Shown piece after piece: positions 24,980 through 38,515 of a stretch of 64,000 nucleotides of DNA; position 1 is the first letter of the stretch; every line of letters begins with the position of its first letter. The translations under genes and the position numbers were made by a program. Under the pieces are notes generated by a model. It had not been told where the DNA came from, did not search any database, and saw only the letters and a program-made list of their open reading frames with translations. The stretch comes from Phyllobates terribilis. Taxonomy: Eukaryota. The DNA is taken from contig NW_027362773.1 of assembly GCF_046119375.1 (NCBI RefSeq), positions 27,962,001-28,026,000 on the forward strand. The letters are read 5' to 3'.

Positions 24980-26633
24980 CACACACATACCTACATACAT
25001 ACACACACACGATATATGCATCGAAAAGTTTCAAATGTTAAATCTAAGTCATGTGGATATAGATGCAGATTTGCCGCTGTTGCTTTTCCTGTGTTAAGTA
25101 GGAAAAGTCGTCAAAAAACACATACATAATACACATCTTATCTGCTGCAAAACCTCATCATACACCACCTCAGCTGCTGCAGGACCTCATAACATCCTAT
25201 AACCCACTCTTACTACAAAGTGATGTCAGTGAATGAGTGTTTGCTCATATACCCCCCTGTCCATTAGTGCTATGTGCATAGTTCTGATCCCTTCATTTCT
25301 ACCAGTCACTTTCGTGAAGAGCACTGAACAGACTTTACTATCCACCAATGTTACAATTTTGATCTTCTAATCTCCAGTTAACGGCTCCACAATTTTGTGC
25401 TGTGTAATCTAAGGTAAGGGCTTATTTTTTACTTCACACTTTAGCAGGAACTTTGGACTCTGGTCATGTGACTCTGATGACATCACCATTCTTTCAGCAC
25501 TTCTATGTTGCTGCCTGCTTATGATTGGTCAGCATCATGAAAGGAGGCTAAAGTACACACCCCTAAGTGAAGACTAACCCACTTAGACTTAAAGTATTGT
25601 CACCTATTAAGTTAACTAATATCTCCATGTGTCCAGCACATGAAACATTTGATGAAAGGTTCTGTAACTAGACTAATAGTGTGAGAATGTTGTAGCATTG
25701 CCCAGGAAGATCATTGGGACTTGGTGTTTTATCAGATGGGTGGAACGAATAGCCTTCCTTACTTTTTTATGTCCTGTTCAAGTCAAGCTTTGATTTAGGT
25801 GTGTTGTGTAGAGGAAGAATGTCTAGAAATGAGCATTGCTATAGTGTCTGGGGCAGAGAACACTAGAGATAGTTGTAGTAATCCAGGAGGATCTCCACCC
25901 TAATGCAGGGTTTGTTTGTAAGGTCTTCAAGGTGTAATTAGTGTGGGAATCTGAGGATGGCCTAGTGATTTGTGCTAAGAGCTCACTACTACAAGAATCA
26001 TTTATTTTGAATGGCCAAGCGATGCCACTGGGCCTTTCCTTGGACCAAACAGTTAAGCAATTGTCATCTCTACAGTATTCATTTTCAAGATTGGGATTGT
26101 CCCTGTATTTTGATTAAGTTTGCATATAGGGCTTAGTTTTTTTTTTATGATTTGGTCTTGCACCACCACAGGTGTTGCCCAGAAGAGGGAAGTGTTGGGG
26201 GATTGGAGTCCTCTGTTGGATATTGTCATTTGTGTGATCTGTTCATTGGGATTTTAGCAAAGAGTAGAAATTAAGACATTTCATAAGTTGGGAGCTTCCA
26301 AATGACGTTTGAGGAGTATTTTAGGAGACAGCCATAGGATTTTGGGAGGAGAGAGGGGGGAAAAAACAAAAAACAACAAAACTGGGCACCATCTTCTGAA
26401 AACAGTTAAACTAGTGTTTGTGTGTTAAGAGTTAACACTTGGCAAAATGCTCATGCTGCTGGTGTTCATTCACGTGAATCCATAGATTTCTTCGGGAGAA
26501 CCCGTTCTTCCGGTTGCAGAAGTATAATCTAATGTAAAGTGACAATAGCTGGTTTATCACAGTGCTTGCCTCGCCTTCTACAATAACCAAGGATTTTACT
26601 GCCTCTAAGGCAAACATGTATTGCATCCAGTGA

Positions 26634-27444
26634 GGCTGAGTTCACACGATGCGTATTTAATGCGTTTCCACGGCGTTTTTGCAGCTGCGGAAATGCATTA
26701 AAAACGCATGGTAGAAGGGCAGCAATGTTCCCCAATTGGAATCCGCATGTGCTGTGCCCATGATGCGGATTTTTCCGCAGCATGTCAAATAATTTTGCGT
26801 AAACACGGCGTTTTCGCCACCATTGACTTGCATTAGAACGCGCCAATTCCGCAAGACTGCATTTGTACTTGCGTTATTGGCACGTTCTAATGTGCGGATG
26901 GTACCCGGGTGTGGAGGAGAGGAGAGTCTCATCCGCTCCCAGGTACCATTAAAAAAGTTGTAAAACAAGAATAAAATAAAAAATATATACTTACCTTCTG
27001 TCGGCCCGCGCAGCGCTCCTGCTTGGTTCCCGGCACTTTGCAGTGAGTTGTAGGACCTGTGCTGACGTCAGAGTCATGTGACGGGTCACGTGACGCTGAC
27101 GTCGGCAGGTCTTTCAATTCAAAGTTGCCGGGAGAACGGAGTGAGCAGGACAGCGCGGGCCATCGGAGGCAAGTATATACACTCTCTCAGGTCACACTAT
27201 ATAAATCCATGCAGTTTGCATGGATTTATATAGTGTGACCTAGTTGTCAAGCACTTTCCAGGTGATGCAAAAAAAAAAAAAAAAAAAAAAACCGCCTGGA
27301 AAGTGCTCGTCAATCTGCATGCGGAAACTCATGTGAATCCGCATGTATTCTGCAGGAAAACCGCATGCACAGTCTGCATGCGTTTTTTCTGCCAGGGAGA
27401 TGCAGAAATGTTCTGCTTCATTTCTGCATCGTGTGCACATACCC
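26634..27444. mobile_element. PIF/Harbinger-type MITE
   Basis: GGCTGAGTTCACACG / CGTGTGCACATACCC termini with TGA/TTA flanks; TGCGG/CCGCA subterminal repeats; central palindrome. Confidence 0.65.
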
Positions 27445-27677
27445 TTAATGTAGGAAGCTGTGAGATGCTTAGAACATATCCCACACTAAGTTTATAGGCT
27501 TTTCAGATTTAGGAGTCTGGTCTCCAAGAAAAAACCTCAAAGACCAAGAGTAATCCCTCAGCACCTGGAGCCAGGTTCACCTACAAGAGCCTGGGCTGAA
27601 GGTTGGCCAGCAGGTCCCATGCTGGGGTTGGCTGCAGAGCCTATGGTGGATGAGATGTAGTCGGAATGAACAGTTGA

Positions 27678-29576
27678 CCCTAGAAAGCATACCTGGAGCC
27701 TCGCAGGCCTGCTACGTAACATGTTTTCTATTTTCTGCAAGATTACTTTAGTTAGAATTTTGAAACTCTAGGTATTCCTCAGGTATATAGTTGTTAGTAA
27801 TTTCCAGTTCATACATTTTTATGTTATAGGCCTTTCGGTAAAACAACTCTTTTTTGGGACTACCCCATATTCACATACCTGGGGCCTTTTAGGCCTGTAC
27901 TTGGTTTACATGTGATCTTCAGTCTTTTTGTCTGTACTGTTACTTAGAAGGAAAACATATCGCTTCCGGAAGAAAAAAAAACATGGAAAAATATAAAAGG
28001 AACTATATGGTTATATTGCCCTTACTCTTCTGGTAGGGTGTACAAAATCATACAAAGTTCCAATCAGAATTATTTCTGAACCCTTTTTCAGATCCACACT
28101 ATAAAGCTACAATGTCAGTCAATAGATTTGAGAATATTTGGAGAAGCCTTCATTTTGATAAGAGAACTTGTCCTGTGAGGTTGGAAACAGATAAATTATC
28201 CCCTATTAGCTACATCTGGAATCTTTTCATCAAAAACTGTACAAAGCTTTACCATTCTAATTACAATGACAGCGGATGAGCAACTTCTTGCCTTTAGGGG
28301 ACATTGCAAATTCATTCAGTATATGCCCAGTAAACCTGCCAAGTATGGCATAAAGATTTTCTGGATGTGCGATTCTACAAGCTATTATGGCATGAATGGT
28401 CTGATTTACTGTGGCAAAGAAGCTGATGCTCCAGTCCAGAAAGACCTGTGTTCTGACATCGTAAAAAAAATTGCAGTACCAATTTTCAATTCTGGAAAAA
28501 AAATATAACAATGGACAACTACTTTACCAATCTGGAACTGGGCAAATTTTTGCTTCAGAAAAACTCACTTGTTGGTACTATGAGGCCAAACCACCGCAAA
28601 AGTCCTCCAATCATGAAGCACAATCCCAAGCGACCACTTTGAGAAGGTCTTTGGTTTCTGCAATCAAGCAACAATGGTATCTTATAAAGCAAAGAAAGAA
28701 AAATCTGTGATATTACTGAGTACAATGCATCATGATGGAAGTATTGACACCGATGACTGGAAACAAGCCTGAAATCATACTGCATTATAATAAAACAAAA
28801 GGAGGTGTGGACAAGATGGATGAAATGATTGGAGAGTATTCGTGCAAGAGGCAGACAAAATGTTGGCCTGTAGTTTTTTTTTTTTTTTTTTTTTATATCC
28901 TTGATGTGTCAGCCCTCAATAGCTATATTGTTTATAGTGAAACTCATCCAGTATTCCATGCCAACAGGAAGGACAAGAGATGTCTATTCTTGACGGAACT
29001 TTGCTATGAACTTTTGATGTGTACCATGGAGCGAAGCAACACGAAAAGCTTGCCAAGGCAAATTACAGAAGCTATGATCCGATGTGGTATAAATTTTCAG
29101 GAACATCCAGAGCCAAGTAGGGGGGAAAAAAAAAAAAAAAAAAAAAAAAAAAAAGCGGTTATATTTGTCCAGCAAAGAAGGCAAGGAAATCTGAGCGTTT
29201 CTGTACTACTTGTGGACAAAGTGTCTGCAAGGAACATTCTTCTGAAAAAATGTGAAAATTTTTGGGGTAATCAGTAAAGTTGTAAAGGAAAGTTTTTGAA
29301 AAGAAATATTACTGCACCATGTTTACTACAACTTTTATATAAAAAAAACTTTGACAAAAAAAAAATTAAATATCTATATATAGAATGCATATATTGGGCA
29401 TTTTAAGATGGTGTAATTACTTTTGTTTTATGCACATTATAATGTTTTAAAATATTCACATCTCAAATAAACTTTGAGAAGTATTTCCATTTGAGTTACT
29501 CCATGTTATTTGCACACAGGCCTAAAAGGCCCCAGGTATGTGAAAGTGTAGATTTCTATGGTTGCGCGTTCTAGGG
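27678..29576 (+). mobile_element. piggyBac transposon, decayed
   Basis: TTGA|CCCTAGAA...TTCTAGGG|TTAA; perfect 29-bp subterminal inverted repeats at 27870-27898 and 29516-29544; frameshifted transposase with TADEQLLAFRG, TMDNYFT and YNKTKGGVDKMD motifs and a C-terminal Cys-rich domain (ICPAKK...CTTCGQSVCKEH). Confidence 0.9.
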
Positions 29577-29995
29577 TTAAGGAGCTTCGAGGGCAAGAAT
29601 CTTTAATTGAGGCAGCTGAGTAACTACAGGGGTCCAGACACCCATCTGTGACATCATAGGAACTTCCAAAAGTAGAGCAGCAGCCTCATCTAGACTGTAA
29701 GCCCTCCAATGTCATTGCATCACAATATCCGCACAGATTTTTTTATATTTAGAGATCTGGGTCTTGATTCTATAGAGATAACAAGATGTGCCTACATTAA
29801 AGTCAGCTAAATGAGGCCCTAGCCTATGATCCACATTATGCAAGTTCTGGCGTGTAGAGATAACACTGTCCTATTGAATCAGTCACCCCTGTGGACTAGG
29901 GTAGGCAGTGAAGTCATCTGTACCAACGCTGGAAAGATAAAACGCCTGGAACATACAGAAGTGATGAGACTTGTGAAGCCACATATAGTAGAGGA

Positions 29996-30001
29996 TTTAT
30001 T
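29996..30001 (-). terminator. fth1: fth1 polyadenylation signal AATAAA
   Basis: TTTATT on the + strand, about 82 nt downstream of the stop codon. Confidence 0.75.
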
Positions 30002-30082
30002 GAGTCAAAATATAGCAAGAAACAAAATTGCACAAACAAACATTAAAAAGGAAAGTGTACATCAAGCAGGACAAATGGGAAT

Positions 30083-30418
<336 letters not shown>

Positions 30419-30530
30419 TTACAGACAATCGCAATCTATAGGTCTGTCACCCAAGTGATGTGCTGAAGTGACATTAATAGGATTATCAGTAGGGTGGAGA
30501 GTTCAGCAAGTTGTCACAGCAGTCACTTAC

Positions 30531-30656
30531 ATGTGGATCGTTCCGATCAGTAGACAGTTTGTGCAGATCCAAGAGGGACTGGTTCACGTTCTTCTCCAGC
30601 TGCAAGGCACATTCTAGGGCTTCCAGCCCGCTGCCCCACTCATCCCGGTCTGGCTT
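30531..30656 (-). CDS. fth1: Ferritin heavy chain exon 3 (126 bp)
   Basis: AG/GTAAGT boundaries; [42 protein letters not shown]. Confidence 0.98.
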
Positions 30657-31350
30657 CTGCAATTAATCAATACGATCAGACTGATAAACACATTCATGTA
30701 TCTTATGAATCTGCAGAGTGCTTGGGGTTATGAAATCATCAAGTGGTGTCAAAAACCCTGATCCCACAATAGTATACTGTGGCCATTGGATGAGCCCTGC
30801 AGTCACCTCTTACCTGCCATCATCTTTGGCAGGAGATCGTTCACAGGACTGCCATCTGAAAGCTTCAGAATGTCTATGAGGCCACTGGACCAGGGCCCTG
30901 TGAGTATACGACTCCTCTAGTGGCCATTTATTTTCATAAAGCATGCTGTGGTGTACCATCAGCCTGTCCAACAAAGGCGACAGGACATGTTGGTGGACGA
31001 TACACGGTACGTCAGCTGTCAAAGAAAAATTCAGGACTACCACCATGACTGATGTACTTGCAGGATAGGAACTGGGGCAATATACAGATCTTTTAACTAA
31101 CAGCTGCTACAACAATTGTAAAGGTAGCAGTTAGAATTTATTTTTATCACTAGTTATTAAAGTGACAGTGCATCTGTTATACTGAAAGGAAAACCCAACT
31201 CTATGGACAGGTTAATGCACTTCAGGGGAGTTGAGCTGCCACATACAAACTGAAAATGTCCGGTGGATAAAAGCAGCCCCATGAGCACGGCCTAGGGTGA
31301 CTACAGGTACCTTAGGACAACCACCTTACTGAGAACAGAAATAGGTCTAA

Positions 31351-31595
31351 GGCTATGTGCCCACGATGCAGAAGTGAAGCAGCATTTCTGCAGGGTCTTG
31401 GCAGTCAAAAACATTCATGGATTTTACTTGCGTTTTTTCAAGTCCAATGGGACCTCAAATCCGCATGCAGAAACACAAATAATGGACATGCTGTGGATTT
31501 TTGCAGATTTTCATTGGGGGATCATGGGGCACAGATTACCAAGCGTTTTTTAAAGCGTTTCTGCTGCATCAAAAACGCATAGTGGGCACACAGCC
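31351..31595. mobile_element. Harbinger-type MITE in fth1 intron 2
   Basis: TAA|GGCTATGTGCCCAC...GTGGGCACACAGCC|TAA. Confidence 0.85.
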
Positions 31596-33054
31596 TAACA
31601 CTGCTTCCATTCACAGGATCTGTAGCTCATCATTAACAGATGAACACAAGTGTACCCGAGAAGATGCATGCATCACCCGTCCTTTCACAGAGCTACTGTT
31701 ATCTAAAGCCCAGATTGGTAGAAAGAACTAACCAGCACACTTGGGAAATGAGGGCGATATATATCCTTACCATTTCCAAAAGCAAGAGTGGGATCAAGCA
31801 TGAGTGGAAGGACCACTGAGATAGTTAAAAGTGTGTGAAGCTTTTAAGCTTTTTTTTTTTTAATAAAGAAATCTTAGTTTATTCAGCCTCCTTGAAATAC
31901 ATGAATAAATGGACAATGGATGTTACCATGTCTTGTTACAAAGAGGATGACTTAATTAAAAGTTTTAGCTGCAATTCTACCATGTAATAGTGCATAGCGA
32001 TCTCCTGAAGAATATAATATTTAACAGATGTGAATTGACAGGTCCTCAGTGATATATGGAGGCCACAGCACAGCTACAGAAGCATTACACACTTCTTCCA
32101 TATTGGTCTTGGAACATTCACAAATAATCACATTAAGTGATGAAAGCCCTTCCCTACTCATTTCCCACTTCATGGAAGTCACTGAAGTCTCACCCACCAT
32201 CTACTTCAACCACTGATGTTAACCCCTTCCTGACAGCAACCATTTTTTTGCCAATCCACATTGCCATTTTTTCAACAGCCATAAGTTTATACTTCTGTCC
32301 ACAGCCATTCGATGGTTTTCATGCAATGTATTGCAAACTACTCATTTGGAAAGTTTTTGTAATTGTTTTAGGTTTTGTTTTATCAGCATTTGTGGTAAAA
32401 AGAAAAAAAAACTGGCAGTGTGATGCCCCAGATCATTACAACTACAGTGCTAAATAAATCCATATTTGTCAAGAAAAAAAAAAATTTGTCATGCAAAACT
32501 TGTCGTTAGCATTGCTATTTTCCAAGAATGGTAAAATTTTCTTTGAGTTGGAGCTGTGTGATCAATTGCATTTTTTTTCCAGTGATGCTACATAGGCTCA
32601 GGTTTTTTATTCCTGCCTATCAGGTTCAACCTCTCCACCAATAGCTTAATTATGGCATTTGTTTAGCACTATAGGAAATTTGCTACATCAGGTGTGGATT
32701 GTGTATTTTTTTGGAGTACCCTTAGGTAGGATCAGGATTTTTACTATATACTGCACTACTATAACAGCAGCCACAGGCTGGTCTTCATAAGAGCACTGTA
32801 ATAACAGGTACAGGTGACCTCAGCAATCCATCCACAGCAGTTAGAGGCCGAGTTACAGTTATCCACCACTAGGAAAAATGCAGCCCGAGACGGGACCTAA
32901 GCGTGATCCTACCATTACAACCAATGTCGTTAGGGGGCTAAAGGTCAGCATTTCTCTTTGGCAGGCAGTTTAGTTTATACAAGGCCATTTTTAGTAGATT
33001 CCTTTATTGTACAAGTCAGAACCAGAGTTTGATCCTGTCAATAATTAAACACTA

Positions 33055-33231
<177 letters not shown>

Positions 33232-34117
33232 CTATAAAGAAGAGAAAATAAAAGTTAACCGATCCAGAGCTAGAACATTAGACCCCAGTATTTCAATGCT
33301 TTATAATCTGCCACTAAAAAGTATGTGGATTTAGACCTACTTTATGTACAGGCTATACAAAACACCAGTTATTGCACTTTTAGAACTACTGGATGCTCTT
33401 GTTACCAGGATGTTTCAGGCCCATGCAAGGTCTCAGCCCAACAATAGTCTTATAACTCACAAGTGTTGTATACTGTGATCAGTATTATGAAGTGTGACAA
33501 TCCCATACACAATTCCAGTTTGTGTACTGCCTCCTCAAAGCACTATATACAGGGGTGCAGGCACTGGTAGACAGTCAATGATGCCTTCTAGCCAGCAGAG
33601 GGCAGTGCAAATAAACACTTCTAACCCATATATCGCACATGGTGTAAAGTTCCTCCCATCACGTACAGAAAACGTTCCTGGAGGTCATCATGTCTTTGTA
33701 TTGTAGGTAACACGAGGCGACAATGTATATGCCTGGAGTTTAACCTTCCCATTGCTGCAGCACATCAAGTGCAGAGACATGGCAGAGTGCAGCATTGAAG
33801 GAACTAGGGCAAAAGCATCTGGCATATCACCCAAGACGTGCTTATATAAGGCTGCGTCCGCCCACTCAGCATTTCTTGTACTAGAACAGATGCATCATAG
33901 GAGCAAGTCTAATCTGAGCCATCAGAGGGGTGCACCAACTCTTGAGCAACGAGAACGCCCAGCATATCCTTAAAGACCGGGTACAAGAGGACAGTTTTGT
34001 CCTTTCAGCTGCTCCCATGAGTTAGTTTTTAAACTGGCAAACCTTCCATAGATACAAGTTTTGTTCATTTTCATCATCTCTACCACATCTACATAGTTAC
34101 TTAGCCACAGCCACTTA

Positions 34118-34820
34118 GGCTATGTGCCCACGTTGCGGACCTGAAGCATATTTTTTACGCTTCTCCCTGGCGGGAAAATCGCATGCGGATATTACATGCG
34201 GTTTTCCCGCCAGGTAGAAGCGTTTGTGAGGCGTCTTTGCATGCATTTCCGCATGCGGGTTATCAAGCACTTCTCCAAGCATCACTTGGAAAAGTGCTTG
34301 ACAACTTGTTCAGAATGGTAAAAAATAAAAAAAATAAAGTTTATACTCACCTTCTGATGCATTCTCTGCCCCGTCCGGAGTCTTGAACGGCTCACGCTGT
34401 TGTGTGCAGGACCTGCGGTGACGTCATTGAGTCATGTGGTGGGTCACATGACTCAATGACGTGGCAGGTCCTTCAGACAACAGCGCGACGGAGGGAAAAC
34501 ATCATAAGATAAGTATAAACTTTATTTTATTCTTTTTTTTACAGGTTCTTTGGTACCCAGGTCTGGATGAGAGTCTCCTCTCCTCCAGACTTGGGTACCA
34601 TCCGCACATTGATTCCGCTGCGCTTCCGCAAAATTAATGAACATGCTGCGGATTTTTGACTGCAGCATATACGCTGCGGAAAAATCCGCAGCATGGGCAT
34701 TGACTTTGCGGAATGCCATTGGGGACCATGGGGTGCGGATCTACATGCGTTTTTCAAGCGTTTACGCTGCGGAAATTCCGCAGCATATACGCTTGAAAAA
34801 CGCTACGTGGGCACACAGCC
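34118..34820. mobile_element. Harbinger-type MITE in fth1 intron 1
   Basis: TTA|GGCTATGTGCCCACG...CGTGGGCACACAGCC|CTA; central palindrome TCATTGAGTCATGTG...CACATGACTCAATGA. Confidence 0.8.
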
Positions 34821-35956
34821 CTAGTCAAGGCCATAAAAGCTAGAGTTAAATAAGGGCCAGATATCTGGAGCCATATGACAGATTTATATACCAGGGAAAA
34901 AGCCACACTAATGGTGTACAGGGGAGAAGGCTACTTTAGTTCTGGTGACAGCTCATCTATAACTGGGTTCATAGCTTCAATAATCCTTAAATTAAATATT
35001 TGCTTTTAACAAACCAGACCTAGGCAAAGTCACTGGACACAGGCTTACTGCTATGGTGCAGATCTGCATTAATAGGCCCCATCTGCTGGGCCACACCCTT
35101 TACCTCTACTATAGCCAACATCTGCTGGGTCTGATATCAAACTGGTCCTGGCAGATAAGAAACTGGAACCAGGCCTAGGGTGTAGTTATGGGAAGGAGAC
35201 AACAAAGTCCTTATGCCAAGCACAAGTCTGAGTAACAGGCCTGCAGGGTGAAGGTGCCACCTATAGGGTGGTAGGAGTAGGCATCTAACTGCTTCATACA
35301 CAATCACCCTATAAGAGTAATGCACAACCCCTGTCTGCATGCAGTCATGGGGCACCCAGGCCCCTTAAATACACCTCACCCACATCAGTCCTAGAGACCA
35401 GGCTGTCAGCCATCTAATCTGCATAGTGAGGGGATGGGAGGGGTTCTGCAAGATTTACAGCTCCCATAGAAGTGAATGGCATGAGCTACACTTGAGCTAG
35501 ATGGAGGGGGTGGGGAAGAAACATCAGATTTATATGGCAGATCCAATAAGCAGAATGTGAATGCCCCCTTAGCTCAGAAACCCCCACGTGGGCTGATAAA
35601 CAAGCCCTCCCCTGCTGGGCGCCCCCTACCGGCTGGGCATGGGGATGCTCCGCTATAAGGGCCAGCAGCACAGGAGCCGGAGCGGGCAGTAGATGGTGCC
35701 CAGGACAGACACTGGAGTCGTGCACAGGAGTCCGCAGCCGCCAGCATTGATGGGTCTCCTGACATGGCAAGATGGAGGCTGCCACATGCTGCAGCCAGGG
35801 ATCAGCAGCGCCCCCGGTACAGCCCAGGAATTAGAGGGGAACACCAGGTGCAAGGAGCAGCGCGGCTAGGGGCTGCAGAGTGCGGCCAGACCCCGCACGG
35901 AGAGACGACATGAGCCAACAGCACCTTGGGAGTTGTAGTCCCAATGCACGCCGCTA

Positions 35957-36139
<183 letters not shown>

Positions 36140-36145
36140 TTATTG

Positions 36146-36177
36146 GGTTCCGTCCAATCACTGTTGAAGCGGGAACC
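36146..36177 (-). promoter_or_regulatory. fth1: Iron-responsive element (IRE) in the fth1 5' UTR
   Basis: GGUUCC-C-G-C-UUCAA-CAGUGA-UUGGA-C-GGAACC: CAGUGN loop, 5-bp upper stem, bulged C and ferritin-type lower stem. Confidence 0.97.
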
Positions 36178-36207
36178 GTAATAATATTCTCTACACTGCG
36201 CTGTATC

Positions 36208-36297
36208 TGACGTTGCACCGTCCCGCTGTGTTATATATACGCGGAGTGACGTCACCCAATCCCAAGCGCTGCCAAGGAAACTGCCCCGCCCCTTATC
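36208..36297 (-). promoter_or_regulatory. fth1: fth1 core and proximal promoter
   Basis: TATATATAA at 36231-36239; Inr-like TCAGAT with predicted +1 near 36208; CRE TGACGTCA at 36247-36254; inverted CCAAT at 36256-36260; GC box at 36284-36292; GATA motif at 36292-36297. Confidence 0.8.
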
Positions 36298-37134
36298 AGT
36301 GACCTGCAGCCGGTTGCCATCTTTGTTTAGGGCAGAGTCTAATGTCTATGGGGATAGTAATAGAGAAAAAAAATTCTGAGATTGTAATTCTGAGGTAGGT
36401 TAAAGGTGTGTAAGGAATCTGTGCTTAACGTTTATTTCTGACTTTTTGGGTAACTGGAAAAGCTGAAAATCTCAGTTGCCCGAACTAAAGATGGCCACTA
36501 GGTCACGTGGTCACGACATAAAAACAAACATGTTTGTGTAATGTGGGGCAGATGTTACTGCGAAGTGGCGTCATGCGATAACTAGGCGGCTTATAGTGAG
36601 ATTCCTGTGCTATAGAGGTTATTAGCAGGTGCCATAATTAGTGATGCTGGAGAGTAAACAGGTTCTGGCCTTTAATTAAAGGAAATGTCCACTCTCTGCA
36701 CATATAAACAGCCTGGTGTTAGGCTGCGTGCCAGTGTGCTGAGCTTACATGTGAACAGCGCCATAGTGAGGGCTCGGTGGTCGCACACCCTCCATAGCCT
36801 ACAATGGGGTCACTGTCACTCTGATATTGATGATTTAGTTGTAGATTAGATTGGTGCCCAAGGGATAAGAGAATTAAAGGGACGTGGTGCTGACCCTTTT
36901 ACTCAGCTGGGCTCATGTAGCAGCTGTGCCTGGTCCAGCAGCTTTTTATATCTGTATGGACTGTCCAAAATTATCACACACGGTTCAGGCAAATTAGAGA
37001 TCCCGCACCTAAATGGTTCATGTCATCCCCTCCCAGACATGGGTGTTTCTGGTTGAGCCCTGGGGTGTTACCAGGAGGGCAGGGGCCAGTCTATGGATGG
37101 TACTGACCTGTAACACCCATTACAGTCACTATTA

Positions 37135-37300
37135 GACCACGTTCAGTATTTGATCAGTATTTTACATCAGTATTTGTAAGCCACAATGAGAGGAAAGGTG
37201 TAATAGAAACATCACTTCTGCATTTATCACCCTCTCCTGGTTTTGGCATACAAATACTGATATAAAATACTGACCAAATACTGAACGTGTGAATGTGGTC
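37135..37300. mobile_element. Small palindromic MITE
   Basis: GACCAC...GTTCAGTATTTG and CAAATACTGAAC...GTGGTC arms with TTA/TAA flanks. Confidence 0.65.
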
Positions 37301-37851
37301 TAAGAATAAGACATAAATGCCCAGGAATCCCCCTTTCAGTAGTTGGGATGAGCAGCAGTACCCGGCATCACGGCCCTTCTTTGTGTGGAGGTCACATAGT
37401 GTTATGTCCTGAAGAATCCCGATAACCTTTGGATTACAGTTGTATTGTAAACCATAGTCAAGAATATTTTGAGCAGTTGAAGTTCATGTGTACTGACAGA
37501 TACCCTCCAAATGTCAGGGCAGAGTACAGTCTGTTGGTGTACATTTGATAATGAAAGTATATGTGCCCACTAGATGTATATGCTGGGAGGATATGAGCAT
37601 AATGTAATGTGAACATAAGGCTGTGTTCACATGGAACGGTCATGATGTGGCTTTCTAATTGTTTCCCTGCACAGACAGCTGTTTCACCTGTAAAGCCACA
37701 CAGCCACTATGATTGGCCACACGATACTGCAGGTGAAACTTGCTTCCTTGTAAAACTAAAAATCCATTTATCCAGACTGACCGGCGGCACAACCTGAGCG
37801 CTGATCAGCAGCCATTTTAATGGCTGTTTATGCAGGCCGACCAATGTAAAT

Positions 37852-38081
37852 GTATTTATTTTACTTATAAAGCACCATCATATTCCATAGAACCTTACAG
37901 ACATTATCATCACTGTTCCCATTGGAGCTCACTATCTAGATTCCCTATCAGTCCTTAGAGTGTGGGAGGAAACCGGAGAACCCGGCGGAAACCCACACAA
38001 ACACTGGGAGAACATACAAACTCTTTGCAGATGTTGTTCTTGGTGCCCACCAAGGCTGCAGTGCTAACCACCGTGCTGCCC
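37852..38081 (-). mobile_element. V-SINE with internal deletion in the tRNA head
   Basis: Tail and V domain match the other copies; the B-box region is missing. Confidence 0.8.
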
Positions 38082-38515
38082 TAATGTGCTGTAAATGATG
38101 TGCACTGAGCCATCTATACTAGATCTCTCAGTACGCATAGTTGCCTTTGTCCTCGGCAGCACTAATCCTGTTTATACAGCATGATGCACAGCCGAGAACG
38201 ATGATCTTACACCCAATGGACGAGCGTTTTTCTCCTTCACCGGGATCGGCAGCCTGTTTACACGACAAGATAAGAGTGAAATGAGCGTTTTTAACAATGC
38301 ACATTCACGGTTATCCTGCAGTGTAAATGCCCCTTTAATTAACTGATTGTGCCAGAAAACCGTGGAAAGACCACAACGGCACAGAGCTTTTGCGGTCAAG
38401 TGCCGCAGTATGGCTTCTGCATTTGAACACAGAACTATATCAGCTTTCTTCAATTTAGACAAATCAATTGGTTGAATAGACAAAAATGTGGGGACACAGC
38501 CCAACCTCTGTCTTA

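Noticed and set aside
25700-26400. Possible LINE or ERV coding remnant on the - strand
   Set aside because: No ORF or recognisable motif could be established by eye; a translated search would be needed.
36297-36312. TGACCTGCAGC near the fth1 promoter as an ARE
   Set aside because: Spacing does not fit TGACnnnGC on either strand.
37674-37685. GAAAC-AGCT-GTC on the - strand as a third hammerhead
   Set aside because: No CUGANGA core at the required upstream position; it lies in a MITE-like palindrome.
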